Below the pieces are notes generated by a model. It was not told the DNA's origin and searched no databases. It saw only the letters and a program-made list of their open reading frames with translations. A stretch of 63,539 bases of DNA, counting the filler. It is 6 parts of 6 records of this genome, joined end to end, with 100 filler letters (N's around TTAATTAATTAA, not from the genome) between each part and the next. Parts side by side here need not be neighbours in the genome. Positions count along the whole stretch, not along the records: positions 22,769 to 32,992 come from SRR20825010_3082; positions 33,093 to 39,141 come from SRR20825010_3106; positions 39,242 to 54,209 come from SRR20825010_3113; 3 more parts are not named here. One strand, 5' to 3'. The stretch's first letter is position 1; the number at the start of each line of letters is the position of its first letter. This document shows, one piece after another, positions 28,701-39,242 of the stretch. The position numbers were made by a program, and so were the translations under genes.

Positions 28701-29984
28701 CGGTACCACGTCGGCTTGCTTCGTCGCTGAATCGGGATATCCCAAGCGGGCGTAGATGCGAGCGAGTTGAACGTGTTGCAACTGAATGGCACGACGGCGT
28801 GCCAAAGCGGCGTTCAAATTCTGGCGAGCTGCACCGAAGGCTTGATGTCGCGTTTTGACTTCGTCGAGCAAACGTTGGCCATGTTCACCACCGATTCGCG
28901 AAATTCGCCAGTTGTAAAACTCATCGCGGAAGTTGGCGATCGGAACCATCAGTGATCGAAGCGTCACATCGCTGCTGTAGCAACCAGGGCCCCAACCGGA
29001 GATTCCCGATGCCATGAGCATTGTGCCGGCCAAGACCGAAGCGGCTTCTTCGAGTAGTTCGTCACGAGGCAGTTCTGGCGTCTCGTTGACTCGTGCGAGC
29101 AATGAATCCAGGGTCACACTGCGAAGGATGAACCGATCGTAGCGTCCATCGGAATCGATCGCATGTTCATCCCATCCGCCAAAGTGATAGTTCGGTCGGC
29201 GATTAACCGGATGGTCAAAGTCATACGCTCGTGGGTCCAAGCAAAGTTCCCGCAGTTGCTTTGGATCCATTGCAGCGGAACGCAGAATGTCTTCGGGAGC
29301 TTCTTCGATCGCTCGAACCGCGCGCTCGATCAATTCGCGATAGGGTCCGGCGGTGATACCAGCACCCTGGACCATTTGCGGGATCGGTCGAACGAATTCG
29401 TGAGCGTAAGGTTGGCACGCACGATTTTCGAGGACCGCGACTGGGCGGTAGCCGACGTAGTCGTTCAGCGTGCCGATGATTTGCCGCAAGCGAGCGGATT
29501 CGTCGTCCACGGTGCCAATGGACTCGTCTTCGCCGATTTGTTGCACCATGACTTCGGCACAACGTCCCAGGAAGAAACCGTTGAAGAGCAGTTCCGGCGG
29601 TTGGTGGAACAGCAGGTCGCGATGGAAATCCAAGTAGGCCGGCAACAGCCCCGACCAAAGGAGATTGATCAAACCGAGGGCTCGATCAATGTTGGCAAAC
29701 GCGGGTGAGCTTTTCCGCAGTGACTGGGCGGCTTCTTCCAACCAGTCTCGCATGATCAAGAACGGCGGCGGCCCATTGAGGACGTCTCCGCCGGAAGCTT
29801 CGTCGTGAACTTGGTTCCAGGCCGAGAACACCGCGGTGGGTGCGGGACCAGAAGAAAAGTTCAGATATCCGATGAGGGATTGGAGTGCCGTGCGGACGTC
29901 TTGCGAAGGCGGCGACCAGGCTGCGGCGGCCAATTGATGGTCGGGCAGGTTGCCGTTGGGTTCGCGGGACGGTGAGGCAGGCAT
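25788..29984 (-). CDS. Large (~1398 aa) hypothetical protein
   Basis: Long uninterrupted ORF with helical composition, motif DPRAYDFDHPVNRRPNYHFGGWD and a central acidic linker. ATG 29984 preferred over TTG 30104. Confidence 0.85.
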   Translation of the reverse strand: MPASPSREPNGNLPDHQLAAAAWSPPSQDVRTALQSLIGYLNFSSGPAPTAVFSAWNQVHDEASGGDVLNGPPPFLIMRDWLEEAAQSLRKSSPAFANIDRALGLINLLWSGLLPAYLDFHRDLLFHQPPELLFNGFFLGRCAEVMVQQIGEDESIGTVDDESARLRQIIGTLNDYVGYRPVAVLENRACQPYAHEFVRPIPQMVQGAGITAGPYRELIERAVRAIEEAPEDILRSAAMDPKQLRELCLDPRAYDFDHPVNRRPNYHFGGWDEHAIDSDGRYDRFILRSVTLDSLLARVNETPELPRDELLEEAASVLAGTMLMASGISGWGPGCYSSDVTLRSLMVPIANFRDEFYNWRISRIGGEHGQRLLDEVKTRHQAFGAARQNLNAALARRRAIQLQHVQLARIYARLGYPDSATKQADVVPATSARLMCRIDCGMTLGLRALRTDRFPDAVEVPEQTFDLIRRAIECGALMDPWDILGFTGNFSLYPGIENSIHDSRLDELLYIIENLFGYIARVWSEAAARDDEVAYERMDRQYREVAQWWRTFAAHTVESVEATDPWESYESARLVAQALRLWHRGGAQRGDIAFWAPHADLFDSPRAYMLVISALLERKDFIPAQALLIHWLCQADRVGLRSGANSLPRLTERWLLQLRDHMREDSHELWPRVNKFFDYLEANAESFWSAPRFEVGDDEPRDRHRDNWEQELAEANEDPFGSPEEDDEAGLFDAAYENVSYRDTTDDGNEGSIFDTSSDSSSVDELEAEVKRLASRLDFLQSLARMWAVGADVALTEIHAATESTDSADSSDPQRRQQQIEALSAWARRAVANRIGLLELLGDVRAYKIKPAGTDKDSMRIYDRRRVLRDSLMERVITTAVEMADARRLIASALGALQGKLPEDVGEEFAEDDAGAIELFSALIAGDAERARERFPTFIEAILNRSLLYIPLSRGGDPVKIYVTRLRERVLRHLLHWLPRRGLFAETCRLIETARQMEQRHPIGAGAVTEFDGLYRAGYRSLVGSIAEAVLHATAGELPSPAPTEPQSATRELSVTDQDAIADRLIPLLERLTETMLGSWLAHSQTLRLSPLEAVSDPAKWERLVEFIKLYGDPIFTQGFLQLSNVRAVLHQDVSSWLERAMTDGDDLLEDTQLFRDLEIGKIKINEASRWITLVFESLLDHHAEYQDYNSTTTQSDRGELIYTFLDFLRLRTRYERVAWNLKPIMWTHEVLVRMGLDQTSLGWRESLNERIAAEAELYVQKLRELQRRHSMRMPTIADRIEERFVQPMTIDRMRSLVEPAMGDAEADRFSAAFEQLEAEANELSRTPVGVGLDLPPWLSALEDEVEKIGKRNLISEIDPQELMTIPVSPLTLDELKTQLATAQTQGRRLPHMRRRKS

Positions 29985-30111
29985 CAAGGGAACCGAAGAT
30001 AGTTGGAAGGCGGGACGCTTGGCGGGGGCGACGTCATTGTGGAGGACGTGCCGGTTATGTCGAGGGGCACGGGAAAACGCTTGGCTTTCCCGGCCACTCC
30101 CCAAAACGCAT

Positions 30112-30459
30112 TCAGCTCTTCTTCTTTGCCTTCTTAGCCGATTTCTTCACGGACTTCTTCGCGGTCTTTTTCACAGACTTCTTGACCGACTTTTTAGCGG
30201 CCTTTTTGACTGCCTTCTTCGGCGTCGCTTTGGCTTTGACAGCCTTTTTAACGCTCTTCTTGGCCGCTTTTTTTACCGACTTCTTAGCCGATTTTTTCTT
30301 GGATTGAGCGGGCTGGGTCTTGGCCTTCTTGCTGGTTTTTTTTGCTGCCTTCTTGGTTGCTTTCTTCGCGGTCTTTTTCGAGGCGGGAGTTCCGCCACCG
30401 AAAGCGGCTTCAAAGCCCTCGGCGTACTTTTCGTTGGTGCCTGTGCGCAGAATCGTCAT
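30112..30459 (-). CDS. Lys/Ala-rich histone H1-like basic protein
   Basis: Short head MTILRTGTNEKYAEGFEAAFGG followed by KK(A/S/T)(A/V)KK repeats. Confidence 0.75.
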   Translation of the reverse strand: MTILRTGTNEKYAEGFEAAFGGGTPASKKTAKKATKKAAKKTSKKAKTQPAQSKKKSAKKSVKKAAKKSVKKAVKAKATPKKAVKKAAKKSVKKSVKKTAKKSVKKSAKKAKKKS

Positions 30460-30545
30460 GAATTTGAAAAGGTGGAAAGGAAACAGATGGGTGAATGATT
30501 GAGGTCCTCCGCGAGTGTCGCGGAGGTAGCGATCGCGAGGCTGGA

Positions 30546-32225
<1,680 letters not shown>

Positions 32226-32417
32226 GTTTTCGCTTGGTGGGCTGAAGGTGGAGGCGGAGAATACGGTTGCAGTTGTTTGAATTGCAAAGTGACAGAATTG
32301 TCAGTGCGTTCGTTTGTGGCGATCAGCTGTGAGAATTCATCCGCCTGTCTGATTGCACTTTTGGTAGCTCGTCTTGTTTGATCGGAGCCGGGGTGTTGGC
32401 GTGTGCAGCGGTGTGCA

Positions 32418-32990
32418 TCACTCCCATTCAATGGTCGCGGGCGGTTTGCTGCTGATGTCGTAACAGACTCGGTTAACGCCTTTGACTTCGTTGATGATTC
32501 GGGTGCTGATGCGAGCCAGCAGTTCATACGGCAGGTGACTCCAGTCCGCGGTCATGAAGTCGTCGGTGTTGACGCAGCGAACCGCGACGGCATTGTCGTA
32601 CGTGCGGGCATCTCCCATCACGCCAACGCTTTGGACCGGCAGCAGGACGGCAAACGCTTGGCTGGTTTCTCGGTATAGTCCCGCGTTTTCAATCTCTTCG
32701 ACCACGATCGCGTCGGCTTCCCGTAGCACGACCAGCTTGTCTCGGGTGATCTCGCCGAGACAACGCACGGCCAGTCCAGGACCGGGGAATGGATGACGCC
32801 AAACAAGTTGTTCGGGCAATCCAAGTTCCAGACCGAGTCGACGCACTTCGTCTTTGAACAAGTCTCGCAGAGGTTCGATCAATTCAAACCCCAATTCTTC
32901 AGGAAGTCCGCCGACATTGTGGTGCAGCTTGATCGTGGCGGCGGGGCCGTCCTTGTCAGCACCGCTTTCGATCACGTCGGGATAGAGCGT
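32418..32990 (-). CDS. guaA: GMP synthase, C-terminal part (contig end)
   Basis: [38 protein letters not shown]. Confidence 0.97.
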
Positions 32991-32992
32991 GC

Positions 32993-33092
32993 NNNNNNNN
33001 NNNNNNNNNNNNNNNNNNNNNNNNNNNNNNNNNNNNTTAATTAATTAANNNNNNNNNNNNNNNNNNNNNNNNNNNNNNNNNNNNNNNNNNNN
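32993..33092. other. Artificial contig spacer
   Basis: N-run with TTAATTAATTAA. Confidence 0.98.
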
Positions 33093-35348
33093 GGCCAGCA
33101 TCTGCTGTTCGCCGCCCGACAGGAAATCCGCATGGCTGGTGATACGTTCCTTGAGGCGGGGAAAGTAGTCAAAGATCCGCTCTTCGGTCCAGTAGGCCCC
33201 GCCTTCGCCGCGTGGCCGGGCCAGACGACCCAGCGCAAGGTTGTCACGCACCGTCATCCCCGAAAACAGCCCGCGTCCCTGCGGCACATATCCCACACCG
33301 GCGCGGGCGACGTCGGGCGCGGACATGCCGGCAATGTCGGTGCCCGCGAATTTCACCGTGCCGTCGCGCGGGCGCACCAGTCCCGAAACGGATTTGAGGA
33401 AGGTTGATTTGCCCGCGCCGTTGCGGCCCAGCAGGGCCACGATCTCGCCTTGGCGGACCTCCAGTGCCGCTCCGTTCAGGATGTGGCTTTTGCCGTAGTA
33501 ACTGTGCAGATTCTCGACCTGTAGCACCGGGGTGCCTTGTGCCTCGTTCGCCGCGCGGGCTCCGGTCACGGCGGGGGTGCCGGTGCCGGTGTAGACTTCT
33601 TGAACGCGCGTGTCGTTGCGGATTTCGTCCGGCGTGCCGGAGACGAGAACAGCGCCGTCGTTCATTACCGTGACCACGTCCGACAGGCCCAGAATGCGGT
33701 CGATGTCATGTTCCACGATCAGCACGGGGATGTATTGCGCCATCGTGGTGATCAGTCGCGAAACCCGCTCTCGTTCGGCGGCGGCCAGCCCAGCCAGCGG
33801 TTCGTCCAGCAGCAGCATCTGCGGCTTGGTGGCCAGCGCGATGCCCAGATCCACAAGCCGCTGTCCGCCATACGACAGATCGGCGCCCAGCGTGTCCTCA
33901 ATCCCCTCCAGTCCGAGAAACCGGATCAACTCTGCGGTTTCTGCGTCAATGTCGGTGTAGCTGTCCACATCCCTCCACATATTGTAGCGCCCGGCGTGCT
34001 GGGCCTGAAAGGACAACCGCAGGTTCTCGCGAATGGTCAGGCCCTCGAAAAGCGAGGTGATCTGGAAACTGCGCGCCAAACCCGCCTGGCTGATCCGGTG
34101 CGGCGGCAGTCCAGCGATAGAGTGGCCATCCAAGGTGATTTGCCCGCCGGTTGGCGCATACTTGCCGGAGATCAAGTTGAACAAGGTGGTTTTGCCCGCC
34201 CCATTCGGCCCGATCAGCGCATGAATCTGTCCCGGTGCCACGCTTAGCCCGGCTTCGCGGACGGCCCGGATGCCGCCGAAATTCTTCGACACGCTAGTTG
34301 CACTCAGAACTTCGGCCTTTTTGAACGGTGCTGGCCGCAGCGAGGCGGGCAGGTCAAGCCCCTCGTAGATTTTGCGATTGGACATGGCCGCCGCGGTGTC
34401 GGGCGGTGGGCTTAGCGTGTGACGGATCTTTTGCACGATGCCGACGATGCCGCCGGGCAGGTACATGACGAAGCCGACAAAGACGATCCCGAACCAGAAC
34501 AGCCAATCAGAGGTCCAGCCCGACAGCACCTCGCGGAAGAGGGTGAAAAACAGCACCCCGACGGCGGGTCCAAGGATGTGGCCGCGCATTCCACCAATCA
34601 CGACCATAGCCAAAAGTTCACCCGAGAATTCGATCGAGGTACTCTCGGCGGTGACGATATAGTGCTGAAAGCCCGACAGGATGCCGCCGAGGCCCGTCAC
34701 GGTCGACGACAGCACGAAAACCCCCAGCTTGTAGCGGTTGACTGCGTAGCCCTGAAATTCGGCCCGCTCCTGGTTCTCGCGGATCGCTTTCAGGACATGG
34801 CCAAAGGGCGAATGCACGACGCGGATCAGGCCGAACAGGACAACCAGTCCGATCGCAGCGGTGAAATAGTAGTAGGTCAGGTTGTCGGACAGGTCCAAGG
34901 GCAGCAGGGTCGACCGGTCAAAGCCGCCCAGCCCGTCCTCGCCCCCGGTGACGGCCGTCCAGCGAAAGGCGATGGAGAATGTCAGAGCTGACAGTGCCAG
35001 TGTCATCAGCGCGAAATATACGCCACGGCGGCGCAGCAGCAGCGCACCGACGATCAGCGACAGCAACGCGACAAAGACCAGCCCTGCCAGCATCGGCAGC
35101 AGTATCTGGCCATGGAACAGGTGTTTTTGCGCCAGCGCGGCGGCATAGGCGGCAAGCCCGAACCACGCGGCATGACCAAAGGACACCAGTCCGGTGTAGC
35201 CCATCATCATGTTCAGACCCAGCGCAGAGATGGCCAGCACCACGATCTGCGTTGCGGTGGAGCTGGTCAGCCCCAACAGAGGAACGACAAAGGGCAGGGC
35301 AAGCAGGACCAGCGCCGAGCCGATAAGAGTAGCGGTTTTGTCGTGCAT
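33093..35348 (-). CDS. Fused HAAT/Liv-type ABC permease + two ATPases (LivM-LivG-LivF), 3'-truncated
   Basis: GYTGLVSFGH permease, Walker [10 protein letters not shown] with LLLDEP, second Walker A GRNGAGKST with LSGGEQQML, all in one frame. Confidence 0.92.
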
Positions 35349-35349
35349 C

Positions 35350-36228
35350 TCAGGACTCAAACTTTTGGATCGACTCGCCCAGCAGGCCGCGCGGGCGCAG
35401 CAGCAGGATGAGGAACATCAGCACATACATCGACGCCTCAGAGGCAGCGGGCAGAAAGAACACGGTGACGCCGCGCACGACGCCCACCAGCATCGCTGCG
35501 CAGACCACGCCCCAGAAACTGCCCAGCCCGCCAATGATGACGACGACAAACGCGATGGTCAGGATTTCCGCGCCCATGGCTGGATGCACGGTGGTGATCG
35601 GGGCGAACATCGCGCCGCCCAAGGCCGCAAGGCCCACACCCAGCATCACCACGGCCGTCATGTAGGGCTGCAACCGGATGCCAAGCGCCGCAACCATGTC
35701 GGGATCCTGGATTCCCGCACGCACCACACGGCCGAACGAGGTCTTGTTGAGCAGCAGCCAGATCGCCGCCAGCACCGCTGCGATCACCGCCAGCATCAAA
35801 AGCCGGTATTTCGAAAAGAGGAACGGGCCAAGGATGACTGACCCACGGATTTCAGACGGTAGATTGGCAGGCAGCGGGGCCGAGCCCCAGAGCATTCGGA
35901 TCCCCTGTTCCGCCACCAACGCCAACCCGAAGGTCACCAGCAGGCTGAGGATCGGGTCCTCGCGGTAAAAGCGGCGCAGGATGAACCGTTCGAACAGGAT
36001 GCCCAGCAGGGCCACCAGAACGGGCGAAACCACCACGCCCAGTGTGAACCCGGTCACGCCCGAAATAGTGACAAAGACATAGGCCCCAAGGGCGTAGAAC
36101 GCGCCATGTGACAGGTTCACGATGCCGCCCACGCTGAAGATCAGCGACAGGCCAAGAGCGATAAGGAGGTAATACCCGCCGAGCACCAGGCCGTTCACGA
36201 CCTGCTCGAGCAGAAAGACGATCTGCAT
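35350..36228 (-). CDS. HAAT/Liv-type ABC permease (LivH-like)
   Basis: NGLVLGGYYLLIALGLSLIF..VNLSHG, FVVVIIGGLGS, RPRGLLG. Confidence 0.93.
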   Translation of the reverse strand: MQIVFLLEQVVNGLVLGGYYLLIALGLSLIFSVGGIVNLSHGAFYALGAYVFVTISGVTGFTLGVVVSPVLVALLGILFERFILRRFYREDPILSLLVTFGLALVAEQGIRMLWGSAPLPANLPSEIRGSVILGPFLFSKYRLLMLAVIAAVLAAIWLLLNKTSFGRVVRAGIQDPDMVAALGIRLQPYMTAVVMLGVGLAALGGAMFAPITTVHPAMGAEILTIAFVVVIIGGLGSFWGVVCAAMLVGVVRGVTVFFLPAASEASMYVLMFLILLLRPRGLLGESIQKFES

Positions 36229-36290
36229 GAAGTTTCTGTGTCCCTTTTTGCGCCGCGCCCCCCTGTGTCGGGCGCGGCGGCGGTGTCGAA

Positions 36291-37571
36291 TTATGCCGGC
36301 AGCTTGCAGGCGCCGTTTTCGACCGATGGGTAGATTGTGGTCAGCGGCTGATCGACGGCAGGCACAGGGTCGCTCAACGACAGCATGTCGTGCACATCGT
36401 CATAGGTGCCTTCCTCCTTGACGCTGAAGGCATAGGCCTCTTGCACAAGCTGGTGGTCCTCGGCGCGGAAATAGGCCGGGCGGTTCTTCATGATGTCGAA
36501 CTCGGACCCGCTTTCGAGGTACTCAATCAGTTCCGGTGTCGCAGCGCCGCCGGTTTCCTGCATCGCCTTGGCCATGATCTGGATCGCGATGTAGGAAATC
36601 CACGCGTGGTTTTCCGGGATCTTGCCGTACTTCGTCTGAAAGCGTTCGACAAAGGCCTTGCTTTCCGGTGTGTCCAGCGTGTGCAGCCAGACGGTGGGCC
36701 AGGTGCCCGACAGGTTGCCGGTGCCGGCGGCCCAGGCGTCCGCGGTGTTCAGGTTAAAGCCGATCATCGGGTAGGGCAGGCCGAACTCTGCATATTGCTT
36801 GACGAAGTTGGTCACCTGATTGCCAGCAAGGTTGAGACAGACATAGTCCGGGTTGGCCTGCCGGATCTTGAGGATGAAGGGGCTGAAATCGGTGACATCC
36901 GTCGCGATCAGCTCATCCCCGATCAATTCAGAGTCGTTGCGGTCAAAGAACGCCTTGGCCGCTGTCAGCAGGTCGTGACCGAAAACGTAGTCGGCGGTCA
37001 GCGTAAAGAACTTTTTGCCCGCGATGTTCTCTTGCTGCTTGAGCGAGGTGCCCACGGAATTGACCATCACGGTGTTGGGAATGTCGGTACAGAACATGTA
37101 GGGTGAGCAGCGTTCGCCGCGCAGTACGTCAGACCGCGGACCCACCGCGATGAACAGCTTTTCGTTGCGCGCCGCAACCTCGGAGATGGCCAGCGAGGTG
37201 GCAGAGCTGATCTCGCCAAGGATGAAATCCGCGCCGTCCTGTTCCAACATCCGCTGCGCTTTGGTCGCGCCGTTTTCGGGGTTGATGGAATCCTCGCTCA
37301 TCAGGTCGATCATGCGGCCCGCGACTCCGCCCGCTGCATTGATTTCCTCGACCGCGAGACTGGCACCATCGACGGCCCAGCCGCCCAACGTGCCAAGAAA
37401 GCCGGTCATCGGGGTCAGGTGGCCGATCTTGATTGGCCCGGATTGCGCCCGCACAAGCGCCGGGGCACCCAGTAGCGAAGCCGCTGCTGTGCCAGTGGCA
37501 ATCTTGAGAGCGGATCTGCGGGTGAAGAGCGTTCCGGCGCCGCCGGAAACGGTCCGCTTGCGAAAAGTCAT
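36291..37571 (-). CDS. HAAT-family substrate-binding protein with Tat signal
   Basis: TRRSALK twin-arginine motif, IKIGHLTPMTG, EEINAAGG, DYVFG. RBS GGAGG before ATG 37571. Confidence 0.92.
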   Translation of the reverse strand: MTFRKRTVSGGAGTLFTRRSALKIATGTAAASLLGAPALVRAQSGPIKIGHLTPMTGFLGTLGGWAVDGASLAVEEINAAGGVAGRMIDLMSEDSINPENGATKAQRMLEQDGADFILGEISSATSLAISEVAARNEKLFIAVGPRSDVLRGERCSPYMFCTDIPNTVMVNSVGTSLKQQENIAGKKFFTLTADYVFGHDLLTAAKAFFDRNDSELIGDELIATDVTDFSPFILKIRQANPDYVCLNLAGNQVTNFVKQYAEFGLPYPMIGFNLNTADAWAAGTGNLSGTWPTVWLHTLDTPESKAFVERFQTKYGKIPENHAWISYIAIQIMAKAMQETGGAATPELIEYLESGSEFDIMKNRPAYFRAEDHQLVQEAYAFSVKEEGTYDDVHDMLSLSDPVPAVDQPLTTIYPSVENGACKLPA

Positions 37572-37668
37572 GGTCTTTCCTCCCTGTCGTGGCGGGCCTT
37601 TTCGGCCTCGCACAGGGACCATCGTAACAATTGCGCAGGACGACAAATAATACCGAATTCGGAACGGC

Positions 37669-37687
37669 GTATAAGCTTGCATTATAC
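37669..37687. promoter_or_regulatory. LysR-type operator (T-N11-A inverted repeat)
   Basis: GTATAA-GCTTGCA-TTATAC with perfect arms, between the divergent SBP and LysR genes. Confidence 0.7.
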
Positions 37688-37713
37688 CCCGGCGCGCAGG
37701 TAGATTTTTCACC

Positions 37714-38691
37714 ATGGATATTCGTCAGCTTCGCTACTTCGTCCGCATCGTCGAGATGGGCAGCCTGTCCAAGGCGTCCCAAAGCCTGCATGTGGCGCAG
37801 CCCGCGCTCAGCCAGCAGGTTGCCAAGCTTGAAGATCAGGTGGGCAAGCAACTGCTGGTCCGGTCCTCTCGCGGCGTCACCCCGAATGAGACGGGCCGTG
37901 CATTGTATCACCATGCCCGGCTGATCCTGCGGCAGTTCGAGCAGGCGATGACCATCGCCCGATCCGACAATGGCGAGATTACCGGCGTTGCCTCGGTCGG
38001 GTTGCCTGCGACAACCGTTGCGGCCGTGGGCTTGCCGTTGGTAAAACGCGTGCGAGAGAAATATCCTGGCATTTCTCTGAACGTGGTCGAAGCCATGAGC
38101 GGCCATGTCGCGCATCTGATCCGCCAAAACCGGCTGGATTTGGCTGTCCTGTTTTCGCGCGATCTGCCCAGCGATCTGTCGGTCGAACCATTGATGGTCG
38201 AAGAGTTGTTCCTGATCTTGCCGGGTGAAAGTGACCTTTTGTCCGGTCGCGACAGCGTGACGATGAGCGAAATGGCAAAGGTGCCGCTGGTCCTGCCGAC
38301 CTCGGATCACGGGTTGCGCAAGCGCATTGAGGCAGAGTTCGAAAGCAGGGCGCTGTTCCCGAATGTCGTGGCCGAAATCGATTCACTGTCGCTTGTGATG
38401 AACGCGGTGCATGACAAGATCGGCGGCACGATCAAGCCGATGGGCGCGATCATGCAAGAAGGGCAACGCGGGCGATCTTTCCGCTGTCTACGGGTCTCGG
38501 ATGCCTCATTCCATCGGTCGAACTACCTGTATTCCTTGCCGCCCAACGCGCTTAGCTCTGCTGCCAGCGTGGTCGCGCATGAATTGCGCATCGTCGTCGA
38601 GGATCTCGTTGCCTCGTCTGAATGGACCGGCTTTTTTCCAAGGCCAGAGCCCGGTGACCGGCCCCCGGCCAGCTCTCGCGAGATCGCCTGA
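37714..38691 (+). CDS. LysR-family regulator, Nac/TcuR-like
   Basis: MDIRQLRYFVRIVEMGSLSKAS..AQPALSQQVAKLE HTH, and VVEAMSGH. Confidence 0.93.
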   Translation: MDIRQLRYFVRIVEMGSLSKASQSLHVAQPALSQQVAKLEDQVGKQLLVRSSRGVTPNETGRALYHHARLILRQFEQAMTIARSDNGEITGVASVGLPATTVAAVGLPLVKRVREKYPGISLNVVEAMSGHVAHLIRQNRLDLAVLFSRDLPSDLSVEPLMVEELFLILPGESDLLSGRDSVTMSEMAKVPLVLPTSDHGLRKRIEAEFESRALFPNVVAEIDSLSLVMNAVHDKIGGTIKPMGAIMQEGQRGRSFRCLRVSDASFHRSNYLYSLPPNALSSAASVVAHELRIVVEDLVASSEWTGFFPRPEPGDRPPASSREIA

Positions 38692-39141
38692 TTGGGGGCG
38701 GTCTTTAGGTTATTCGCCGGTAACCTACGTCGAAATACCCCGATGGCCAGCGCCGTAATCCAGTAACAAAGGCCGTTGTGGCTCTCTAAGGTTCGTTCTT
38801 GCCAAAATTCGAGTGGGGGCGGCCAGCCGGGCAAAGGTCATAGCCTGCCCCTGCATCATCCCTCCGACCGGACGCATGCGGCTGGCTTTAAGTCCTATAG
38901 GTGCCGGTCCGGTGACGGCGTCCTTGATCCTCCGTCATCAATAGCTCTGTCGGGATCTGTCGGGCGCTTAGCCTCTTTGGGTGTTGAGCAGATTTGTCGA
39001 CCCTGCGGCGTGTTCTGGATGCAGCCGGTCCCCGGACAGTTTCCGTCCTGTAAAACCTGCGTTTTCGTGACGCGGACCTTGTCTTTCATGGCCGGGTGAG
39101 GCTTGCAAAAGTCGGGGTATCGCTGATCGGTATAGCACCCC

Positions 39142-39241
39142 NNNNNNNNNNNNNNNNNNNNNNNNNNNNNNNNNNNNNNNNNNNNTTAATTAATTAANNN
39201 NNNNNNNNNNNNNNNNNNNNNNNNNNNNNNNNNNNNNNNNN
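39142..39241. other. Artificial contig spacer
   Basis: N-run with TTAATTAATTAA. Confidence 0.98.
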
Positions 39242-39242
39242 T

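Noticed and set aside
29885-30498. Hydrophobic + strand ORFs (FFAFLADFF repeats)
   Set aside because: They are the antisense image of the Lys/Ala-rich gene.
38692-39141. Possible Cys-rich ORF end (38895-39140, - strand) and an LDYGAGHR fragment resembling a RelE-type toxin motif near 38740-38765
   Set aside because: Both are too short and unsupported. No family match can be established without a search.
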